Virus record (IMG/VR): IMGVR_UViG_3300022177_000076
Location: 1-43,123 of that record
Source: a virus
Taxonomy: Duplodnaviria; Caudoviricetes
Direction: 5' to 3' (one strand)
DNA: 43,123 nucleotides
Part shown: piece after piece, positions 35,556 through 43,123 of the stretch
Layout: each line of letters begins with the position of its first letter
Position numbering within the stretch: position 1 is the first letter of the stretch
Translations under genes and position numbers: made by a program
Notes under the pieces: model-generated
The model's database searches: none
What the model saw: only the letters and a program-made list of their open reading frames with translations
What the model was told of the DNA's origin: nothing

Positions 35556-35954
35556 ATGAAACGAACCTATCCAGTAGTAATCGAAGATACAGGCGAGAAA
35601 TACATGCTTGTCCGCGTGCCCGATTTTGACCGTATGACCCAGGGTAAAGACCTGGCCGAAGCTATCGATATGGCTCAGGATTTGATTTGTATGCTGGGTA
35701 TTGACATGCAGGATAAAGAACAAGGTCTTCCTGATCCTTCATCAATTTTTGATATTCAGCTTCAGTATCCTGGGGCAATCGTTACCCTGGTCAATTCAGA
35801 TATCGAAAAGTACCGTAAAGCTATTGAGTCCCGCTCTGTCCGGAAAAACGTCACGATCCCAGGTTGGTTAAATGCAGCCGCGGAGGACGCTGACCTCAAC
35901 TTCTCTGAAGTACTACAGGAAGGCTTGAAAGAGAGACTACAGCTTGACCACTAG
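35556..35954 (+). CDS. hicB: HicB-family antitoxin
   Basis: YPVVI..VPDF..TQG.DL.EAI.MA; VRKNVTIPGWL...NFS.VLQE. Confidence 0.93.
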   Translation: MKRTYPVVIEDTGEKYMLVRVPDFDRMTQGKDLAEAIDMAQDLICMLGIDMQDKEQGLPDPSSIFDIQLQYPGAIVTLVNSDIEKYRKAIESRSVRKNVTIPGWLNAAAEDADLNFSEVLQEGLKERLQLDH

Positions 35955-35990
35955 CGAGTGGTTAAGACAGTGAGTAAGCCATATGCCCAA

Positions 35991-36026
35991 TCGCGCTGGT
36001 CTCCTGACCAGCGCGATGTGTTTTTG
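35991..36026 (+). terminator. Terminator after hicB
   Basis: TCGCGCTGGTC-TCCT-GACCAGCGCGA followed by TGTGTTTTT. Confidence 0.65.
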
Positions 36027-36068
36027 CTTGCGCCTTTCACGCTGCCTGTTCTGAGTTCGTAGAACGGC

Positions 36069-36101
36069 AGATCGCCACGTCGCTACGCTCCTCGCGATGA
36101 C
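36069..36101. repeat. Half of a small dispersed palindromic (REP-like) element
   Basis: AGATCGCCACGTCGCTACGCTCCTCGCGATGAC resembles common intergenic GATTGC...CTCGCAATGAC units. Confidence 0.45.
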
Positions 36102-36333
36102 GAAACACGGGAATTCTCCGAGTTGGGCTCGTGAGTTAGAAAGACCTCAGTTATGATCCCCACTTACAGTCTGCCCACATACACATTCAGCCAGGCGCGG
36201 CGGCTTGAAATGCGCAAGCCGCCCTACGAAATGATAAAGGGGAGACCTAACGGTCAGCCCACGCGCGCGGTCTGGAGACCGGCGCGATCCGAGGCAATGA
36301 TAAACCGGCGAAGATCCTCTAACCGGGAATCCT

Positions 36334-36735
36334 CTACGATAATCGATGGAAAAGCACTGCCAGGACAATGAACATACCCCAAATCCTGTGTACCTGTGCC
36401 ATTTTCTTACGGCGTTCCTTGTCTTTTTGCTTGGTCAGCCCAAAGCTCAAAACAGCTTGGATAGCCAAAGCCAATCCAGCAACCAAACCCGCTACGGGAA
36501 CCATTCCATCTCGCGCGAACTGCAAAATAAAGTGCACTGTGATTGCTCCCACTGCTAAAAACCCAGCATAACGGTGGTTTTTATTCACGAACTGAAATGT
36601 CTTTTTGATCCAAGAAGGCAGAGTTTTTCCGTCCTTGCGCAACTGCTCAACCACGACCTGTAAAAGCGGGCGGGAAGTTAAAAAGATAATAGAGATCAAA
36701 CCGATTACACCAAAAACTTCACCTAAATTTTCCAT
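36334..36735 (-). CDS. Membrane protein with His-containing TM helices (cytochrome b-like)
   Basis: Four hydrophobic helices with HRY, VH, VHR and FH. Confidence 0.65.
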   Translation of the reverse strand: MENLGEVFGVIGLISIIFLTSRPLLQVVVEQLRKDGKTLPSWIKKTFQFVNKNHRYAGFLAVGAITVHFILQFARDGMVPVAGLVAGLALAIQAVLSFGLTKQKDKERRKKMAQVHRIWGMFIVLAVLFHRLS

Positions 36736-36754
36736 ACCTTCTCCAATTAAATGA

Positions 36755-37570
36755 TTATTGTATTAGTAACCTGACCAGCTCCGCCAGGTTTTCACATACC
36801 AAATCCGGCTGATACTCCGAGTTTTCCAGGTCATTAACCTTTGTTTCGCCGCTCAAGACAAGCACGGTTTTCACGCCCGCGTTTTGACCAAGCGCAATAT
36901 CGGTATACAGCCGGTCCCCCACCATCACCAGGCTTTCCGGCTTCACGTTCAGGCTGCCCGCCAACTGCTCCATCAAATTCCGGTCAGGCTTCCCGAAGAT
37001 CTTATCCGGCACGCGCCCGGTGGATTTCTCCACCAGCGCCATTATAGCTCCAATATCCGGAATGAGCCCATCTGGCGTCGGGCAGTTGATGTCCGGGTGC
37101 GTCGCATAGTAGGGCAGCCCCTCCCGCGCGAACCTGCACAGCCGCACCAGCTTGGCATAGGTCAATTCCGTATCATAGCCCAAAACGACAGCGTCCGGCC
37201 TGCGCCCGTCCAACCTCACCCCTGCCGCGCGGAAATCATCCCGCAGGCTGCGCGTGCCAATCAGGCAAATCTTTTTGCCCGGGTAGTTTACTCGCAGGTA
37301 TCGGATTGCGGCGTCTCCGGCAGTAAACACGCGCGCGTCGGCTTCCCTCACTCCGAACCCCATCAGTTTCCTGACATAATCCGCCCGGCTGCGCGAGGTG
37401 TTATTCGTCAAAAAGGAAAATGGTATACGCAGCCGGTTCAGGAGCTCCAGGAATTCCAGCGCGCCCGGCAGCAGGCGATCGCCCAGGAAGAATGTCCCAT
37501 CCATATCCAAAATAAAGCCTTGTGTCTGCCGCAAAGATTTCATGTACAAACTCACATTTGATAATAGCAT
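36755..37570 (-). CDS. HAD-IIA (NagD-like) phosphatase
   Basis: DMDGT, LTNN, FGKP, VGDRLYTDI, VLSG motifs. Confidence 0.93.
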   Translation of the reverse strand: MLLSNVSLYMKSLRQTQGFILDMDGTFFLGDRLLPGALEFLELLNRLRIPFSFLTNNTSRSRADYVRKLMGFGVREADARVFTAGDAAIRYLRVNYPGKKICLIGTRSLRDDFRAAGVRLDGRRPDAVVLGYDTELTYAKLVRLCRFAREGLPYYATHPDINCPTPDGLIPDIGAIMALVEKSTGRVPDKIFGKPDRNLMEQLAGSLNVKPESLVMVGDRLYTDIALGQNAGVKTVLVLSGETKVNDLENSEYQPDLVCENLAELVRLLIQ

Positions 37571-37627
37571 TCACCTGACTACAATGTTAGCAAGAATAAA
37601 TCTTTGCAACCGTAGAAAGCAGGTAAG

Positions 37628-37834
37628 ATGACCAACAAAACCTATTTTATCCCGAATATTCACTGCATGCACTGCGTGATGCACATTAAGAACCGCCTGA
37701 ACGAAATTGAAGGCGTTGAAAACGTGGAAGCCAACGCCCAGACCCGGGAAGTGGAAGTGGAATTCAGCAGTCCCGCGACCGAGGAAGCCATCCTGCAGGC
37801 GCTTGCTGAAATTAATTACCCGGCGGAGCTCTAA
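37628..37834 (+). CDS. copZ: Copper chaperone
   Basis: IHCMHC HMA motif, 68 aa, directly upstream of copA. Confidence 0.88.
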   Translation: MTNKTYFIPNIHCMHCVMHIKNRLNEIEGVENVEANAQTREVEVEFSSPATEEAILQALAEINYPAEL

Positions 37835-40255
37835 ATGTCTGATAAACAGCAGGTCACGCTGCCGATCCTGGGGATGACCTGCGCCAACTGCGTCGCCGCC
37901 GTTGAACGCGGTTTATCCAAGGTGGACGGCGTGGACGCGGCGGTTGTGAATCTCAGTTCAGAACGCGCGTCCGTCAGCTACGACCCGCAAAAAACCGGCG
38001 TCCCTGCCTTGGTGGAGCAAGTTCGCCAAACCGGCTACGAGGTCGCGCTGGGCGAAGCTTCGCTGGGTGTCATTGGCCTTTCAGACCCTGCCGACGGCGC
38101 GCGCCTGGAAAAAGCGTTGAACTCCGTTGAGGGCGTGCTTTTCAGCCAGGCAAACCTGGCCAGCGAGCGCGTGCTTGTGCGCTACGTTCCCACAATTCTA
38201 AGTCAGTCCGAAATCCGTCAGGCCGTTGCGCGGGCTGGCTTCCGCCTGGCTGAGGAAAGAACCCTGACGGAAGACCCCGAAGCCGCTGCCCGCCAGAAAG
38301 AAACCGCCCACCAAAAGCGCATGCTCATCATCGCGCTCCTCTTCACCATCCCGCTTTTCGCGCTCTCAATGGGCAGGGACTTTGGGCTGCTGCCAATGGC
38401 GCTTGCCCACGCACCCTGGATGGACTGGCTGTTCTTCGCGTTGGCAACGCCCGTGCAGTTCTACGTCGGCGCCAGCTATTACGCAAATGGTTACAAATCG
38501 CTGCGCAACAAATCCGCGAACATGGACGTGCTGGTCGCGATGGGCACGTCCGCGGCGTACTTCTATTCGATATTCGTTCTGCTCGGTGCGGTTCCCGGGC
38601 ACGGCTACTTTGAAACCTCCGCTGTGATTATCACGCTGGTGCGCCTGGGCAAGTTCCTGGAAGCGCGCGCTAAGGGCGGCGCGAGCGAAGCCATTCGCAA
38701 GCTGCTTTTCCTACAGCCGAAAAAAGCGACTGTCATTCGCGAGAGTTTGGAAACTGAGATACCCGCAGACCAGGTGCTTATTGGGGATATCATCGTGGTC
38801 CGTCCGGGCGAGAAAATCCCGGTGGACGGCTCCGTGCTTGAAGGCAGCTCCAGCGTGGATGAATCCATGCTCACCGGTGAATCCCTGCCAGTGGAAAAAA
38901 GCGCCGGCGCCCCGGTTTTCGGCGCCACTCTCAACAAAAACGGCAGACTGGTGTTTGAAGCCACCAAAATTGGCCGCGATACCGTACTCTCCCAGATAAT
39001 TCAGCTGGTTGAGAACGCCCAGGCCAGCAAAGCTCCCATCCAAAAGCTGGCAGATAAAATTTCCGCGGTTTTTGTCCCGATTGTCATCGCGGTCGCCGCG
39101 CTAACCTTCCTGATTTGGTATTTCCTGGTTCCTCTACCGGCAGATTCAGAAGTCTCCCTGCTGGCGCGCGCGCTGATTAACATGGTCGCGGTGCTCGTGA
39201 TTGCCTGCCCGTGCGCCATGGGCCTTGCCACCCCGACCGCCGTAATGGCAGGCACCGGGCGCGGCGCGGAACTTGGCATTCTGGTAAAGACCAGCGAAAG
39301 CCTGGAAATTGCCGGGCAGATTGACACCATCATCCTGGATAAAACCGGCACGCTTACCCGCGGGCAGCCGGCCGTCACTGAAATCGTGCCGTTGGCCGAG
39401 GGCTGGACGGAAGACCAGGTTTTGGCGCTGGCGGCTTCCGTGGAAGCCGGCAGCGAGCACCCGCTCGGCGAAGCGATTACAGCCGCTGCCAAAGCCCGCG
39501 CCCTCAGCCTGCAAACCGTTGACCGCTTCAGGTCCTCTTCCGGCAAGGGTGTCTCGGCGGAGATGGACGGGAAAAAGCTCTCGGTTGGCAGCCGACGTTA
39601 CCTTGATGGCTTGCAAGTGGATACCAGCCGCGCAGAAGACGTCCTTGAAGAGCTTGAAAAGCAAGCCCGCACGGTCGTCATGTTGGCAGCGGATGGGATA
39701 TTGTTGGGCGCCTTCGGGATTATGGACACGCTAAAGGAAAATTCAGTCAGCGCGGTAGCGGAGCTGCACCGGCTGGGGCTTAAGGTCGCGATGCTCACCG
39801 GAGACAACGCCAAGACGGCTCAGGCGGTCGCCAGCCAGGCTGGCATTGACGAAGTCTACGCGGACCTGCTGCCAAAAGATAAGACCGGGCAGGTGCAGCG
39901 GCTGCAGGCAGCCGGGCATAAGGTCGCCATGGTTGGCGACGGCATCAATGACGCGCCCGCGCTCGCTCAGGCGGACGTGGGCATCGCCATTGGCACCGGC
40001 ACGGACGTCGCAATCGCAGCCGCGCCGATAGTGTCCATCAGCGGCGATTTGCAGGCTGTTCCGCTGGCAGTGCGCCTATCCCGCAAGACGCTGAAAACCA
40101 TCAGGCAGAACCTGTTCTGGGCGTTTTTCTACAATGTCATCCTGATTCCGGCCGCCGCCGCGGGATTTCTCAATCCCATGCTGGCAGCTGGGGCGATGTC
40201 CTTCAGCAGCATCTTTGTGATTACCAACAGCCTGCGCCTGAAACGCTTCAAGTAA
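37835..40255 (+). CDS. copA: Cu(I)-translocating P1B ATPase
   Basis: [40 protein letters not shown] and MxxSS motifs. Confidence 0.96.
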   Translation: MSDKQQVTLPILGMTCANCVAAVERGLSKVDGVDAAVVNLSSERASVSYDPQKTGVPALVEQVRQTGYEVALGEASLGVIGLSDPADGARLEKALNSVEGVLFSQANLASERVLVRYVPTILSQSEIRQAVARAGFRLAEERTLTEDPEAAARQKETAHQKRMLIIALLFTIPLFALSMGRDFGLLPMALAHAPWMDWLFFALATPVQFYVGASYYANGYKSLRNKSANMDVLVAMGTSAAYFYSIFVLLGAVPGHGYFETSAVIITLVRLGKFLEARAKGGASEAIRKLLFLQPKKATVIRESLETEIPADQVLIGDIIVVRPGEKIPVDGSVLEGSSSVDESMLTGESLPVEKSAGAPVFGATLNKNGRLVFEATKIGRDTVLSQIIQLVENAQASKAPIQKLADKISAVFVPIVIAVAALTFLIWYFLVPLPADSEVSLLARALINMVAVLVIACPCAMGLATPTAVMAGTGRGAELGILVKTSESLEIAGQIDTIILDKTGTLTRGQPAVTEIVPLAEGWTEDQVLALAASVEAGSEHPLGEAITAAAKARALSLQTVDRFRSSSGKGVSAEMDGKKLSVGSRRYLDGLQVDTSRAEDVLEELEKQARTVVMLAADGILLGAFGIMDTLKENSVSAVAELHRLGLKVAMLTGDNAKTAQAVASQAGIDEVYADLLPKDKTGQVQRLQAAGHKVAMVGDGINDAPALAQADVGIAIGTGTDVAIAAAPIVSISGDLQAVPLAVRLSRKTLKTIRQNLFWAFFYNVILIPAAAAGFLNPMLAAGAMSFSSIFVITNSLRLKRFK

Positions 40256-40566
40256 GCCGCGTCGGCCAGCTGCTTTTCCAGCTCCGCCGCGCGCTCCTGG
40301 GCTTTCGCCAGCTCGCTCTTGTTCGCGTCTTCCGCGGCCCGCTTTTGCTGTACCAGCGTCTTCAGCTCGCCCAGATCGGCCAGCCCCACATCCGCCAGAA
40401 CAGCCTTCAGCTCGCGTTCAGCCCGCGCCTTGATCATCCGGTTCACTTCGTCCTGAGAAAACACCTGCCCGCCAGCCCCGCCGCCGTTCGCGGTCGCTTC
40501 TCCGGCCTGTTCACTGGTCTGAGGGTTTTCAGTTCCTTGATTGGCTTCTTGTTCAGCCATCTTCAC
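40256..40566 (-). pseudogene. Capsid scaffolding gene truncated at the copA stop
   Basis: FSQDEVN.MIK.R..RE, KSEL.KAQERA; frame then runs into copA antisense. Confidence 0.75.
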
Positions 40567-40756
40567 ATCTCCCCACCGATTAACCGCTGGTGTCGCGTAT
40601 TTGAATCAAAAAAACCCGAAGCTGCAGACCTCTTTTGGGTCCACAGCTCCGGGTTAAGTGCCTCGTGAGCTATGCTTGACTAACTCAGTATTCGATTTGC
40701 ATTAGTGTAGCACAAAGAATCTAAAAAAGCAAATGCAACACTGTCAAATTACCACG

Positions 40757-41020
40757 TCAATCTATGTCAGGGTAAGTGTAATCAAGCGCAAGAATCTTAT
40801 CCTTTTGCGCCCGGATCCGCTCAATAATCTGGTTATATTGCGCGTGTTGTTCAGGCGTGAGTGGTTCTAACTGAATTTCTTTCAATCGGTTGACAACAGC
40901 AGTCCAGTCATAAGAAATACTGACTTGATTGAATTCAGACCACGGCAAATCAATGGTTTCGATATCCAGCAATACGCCAGAAATGAACTTTAGTTCCCTG
41001 TCAATAACTTTCTGATCCAT
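40757..41020 (-). CDS. Putative immunity protein for the orphan toxin cassette
   Basis: 87 aa, overlaps the cassette end. Confidence 0.55.
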   Translation of the reverse strand: MDQKVIDRELKFISGVLLDIETIDLPWSEFNQVSISYDWTAVVNRLKEIQLEPLTPEQHAQYNQIIERIRAQKDKILALDYTYPDID

Positions 41021-41646
41021 ATTATGTCACTTCGTCTATTGTCGGCGAGTATTTCCTCTAATGTAATTGTTTGATTCGCGGTCACTAATTGACCTAATTG
41101 GGTTCTGTACTCAATTATTATTATACCCTTACTGTCTGGTCCTGCCAAATTTCCAGCTTCTCGTAAAAAACCCAGTTGTAATACCCCTTGAAATCTACTT
41201 ACCATGACTCCAGTCGAAGGGTCTTTAATAACTTCGACAATCGACTGATAATACTGATTAGGTGTTGTTCCAACTGGCCACTCGTTGTGAGTCACAACAT
41301 GTCTGAGATAGTGTACTTCGCCTACTCCCAACATGTCACTACCTTTTATCACCTTACCCTGCCAGCTTACGCCTGAAAGCCGCCCACCTGCTTTTTCCAG
41401 CAAGCTGTCATTGAACCCGCGTTCAGCTACGAAACTGGTGATCTTCCCGATCTCCCTGTTCGTCAGCGGTCTCAAATCTAAACTCGCGAACTTGATCAGC
41501 TCATCCGCGTTCAGGTTCTCCTTTGCCAGTCCGTTCTGCGTCAGGCGCAGGTAATAATGAGCGTCTTCCTCCCCCAGAAGATCCTTCAGGCTCTTCGCCC
41601 CCCTGCCCGCGCCCCAAACGGGGCTGTAGGTCTTCTTCTCCTGCTG
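40990..41646 (-). pseudogene. Orphan MuF C-terminal toxin cassette (BECR-like RNase?)
   Basis: Frame open upstream of 41475 without ATG; begins KKTYSPVWGAGRGAKSLKDLLG; HYLRHV..EWP.GTT..QY. Confidence 0.7.
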
Positions 41647-41647
41647 C

Positions 41648-41896
41648 TTACCCCTCGGGAAACAACCGTTTCTTCACCTGCTCAGCTTCCTCCGCGGTGA
41701 TTTCGTCAATGTCTGCCCAACCATCACCTGCCCCGGTGATGTCCATCCATACTTGTCCATCCTCTGGAGGAACTGTCCAGCGCTCATTGCCCTCATACCT
41801 CTCCACATATGGCAATTTTGTACGGTAAAGCCTAACTGCTTTTTCCAATAACGATCCATTATCCATACAATATGCACGTACATAATACTTCCACAT
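41648..41896 (-). CDS. Putative immunity protein for the MuF alarmone-synthetase toxin
   Basis: 82 aa, AAGGAG RBS, directly downstream; ..DEIT.EEAE motif. Confidence 0.7.
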   Translation of the reverse strand: MWKYYVRAYCMDNGSLLEKAVRLYRTKLPYVERYEGNERWTVPPEDGQVWMDITGAGDGWADIDEITAEEAEQVKKRLFPEG

Positions 41897-41905
41897 ACTC
41901 TCTCC

Positions 41906-43123
41906 TTATGGCCAATCTGTGTAGTAATCGTAGTTTTTGGGCCTTATAAAGCCTTCCCACTGTTTTTTCATCCATTCATCAGTCAGGTCTTTCAGCTCCT
42001 TGCTCACATTACTGGACCGGTTGACTTCGTAATCCTCGTGATTCAAGGATTTTATGCGATAAGACTCTTCGGTGTGAAATTGTAGCTCAAAGGTGATGTC
42101 ACCATTTGAAAACACAAGATGTAATCCTTCGTAGTTTGTCCCTGAGCCAAAATAGTTGCGAATCTTTTTAATGGAGTATCCATTCCCCGCCAGACCTGTT
42201 GTGATAGTTCGTGCTTTTTCAACCAAATCTTTCTCTGAAAATATTGCTGTATATCTGAGCGAATCTGTAACGAGCTTTATTGCATCTGCGGCAGGAATTC
42301 CTCGGGTTTGTGATATTTCTGTTATCTTTCTTGCCAGGCTGGACTCGCTCTTAATCCTGAAATCCAGGCCTGCCAGATGGCCGTCCAAACCCTGAACCAG
42401 ATTTCCCAACGATGTTGTCATTTGCGGTTCCGCGCCTTGTATCCGCTTCAAAAACGACTTGGCAAGTTCCTCAGCCTCCGCGCTCGCCGCTCCTTTTTCG
42501 GTCCTGAGCAAACGCAAGTACTCGGAGCCTAGTTTTCTGTACTGCTGAGCATTAGTATTTCCTACAAGTTCTTTCAGGCTAATTGGCGCTCTTCCTGCTC
42601 CCCATTGCGCCGACCAGGTTTTTCGTGAAATCTGATCAAACTGTATTATACCACTTCTCCAACTTGTCCAGCGCCCTGGTCCTAAGATTTTTATCTGCTC
42701 TTCCGCTTTCAAACCCCGGAAGTACGCCTCCCCTGTCATTTTCCGCTGCGCGTACGTCCGCTTCTGCTCATCCGACAGCTTGTACTTCTTCGCGATCTCC
42801 TCAAACGACGGACCAGCCTTAAGCGCGAGTGGGCTCAACCCACGTCGCGCAATGCCCGACACATCGGTGTCGGGCTCAACACCAGAAAAGTCAAACCCCA
42901 GCTCAGCGCCCAGCTCTTCCCAGCTTTTCGTAACAGGGACAGAGCAGCACCTGCAATTGATATGGCTCTCCATATGCTCTTCAACCGGATGAATGCTGCC
43001 GTGCATGCTAATGCACACCGGGCACGTGTTCCCCGTCAGCGCCGCCTGCCAGCGCCAGCCCGACTTTTTGCATTGCCCAAACTGCCACCGCGCCCGTTTA
43101 GCAGCACAACGGAGCTTGGGCAT
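41906..43123 (-). CDS. MuF head protein with C-terminal RelA/SpoT-like nucleotidyltransferase toxin (5' end uncertain)
   Basis: TCPVC..MHG...HINCRC (MuF); RIKS.SSLARK, D.LRYT, NY.GLH, FELQFHT (synthetase). Confidence 0.88.
   Translation of the reverse strand: MPKLRCAAKRARWQFGQCKKSGWRWQAALTGNTCPVCISMHGSIHPVEEHMESHINCRCCSVPVTKSWEELGAELGFDFSGVEPDTDVSGIARRGLSPLALKAGPSFEEIAKKYKLSDEQKRTYAQRKMTGEAYFRGLKAEEQIKILGPGRWTSWRSGIIQFDQISRKTWSAQWGAGRAPISLKELVGNTNAQQYRKLGSEYLRLLRTEKGAASAEAEELAKSFLKRIQGAEPQMTTSLGNLVQGLDGHLAGLDFRIKSESSLARKITEISQTRGIPAADAIKLVTDSLRYTAIFSEKDLVEKARTITTGLAGNGYSIKKIRNYFGSGTNYEGLHLVFSNGDITFELQFHTEESYRIKSLNHEDYEVNRSSNVSKELKDLTDEWMKKQWEGFIRPKNYDYYTDWP

Larger units (their letters stand above)
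40256..43123 (-). mobile_element. Fragment of a second prophage (head morphogenesis region)
   Basis: Scaffold gene, late-type leader and MuF-toxin locus; continues beyond the window. Confidence 0.8.

Noticed and set aside
40129-40255. C-terminal part of the 145-aa minus-strand ORF
   Set aside because: Simply antisense read-through of copA after the breakpoint

Overview
Positions 1 to ~35.2 kb are an apparently complete ~35-kb siphovirus-type prophage. In order it carries an integrase, lysin, tail, A118-like head genes, terminase, a prim-pol/helicase replication module and an XRE repressor. It ends in a tRNA-Cys(GCA) copy with a broken acceptor stem, the likely right att site. Next come a hicAB module and host genes (HAD-IIA phosphatase, copZ-copA). 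From ~40.26 kb there is a truncated piece of a second prophage head module: scaffold, MuF fused to a RelA/SpoT-type toxin, a putative immunity gene and an orphan toxin-immunity cassette. Main signals not explained by the gene calls: (i) CTCAGTA/TACTGAG occurs about 48 times across the first prophage, in several reading frames, and is absent from the host genes; (ii) the MuF-PBECR nuclease fusion has no immunity ORF but faces two tandem, separately promoted, related structured RNAs; (iii) there are three D-armless tRNA-like elements, one carrying anti-Shine-Dalgarno repeats; (iv) a captured EcoRI-family methylase has its partner nuclease cut off after 22 codons; (v) a promoter-terminator leader is duplicated upstream of the late operons. 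All family assignments come from motif recognition by eye and all counts are manual; no searches were run.
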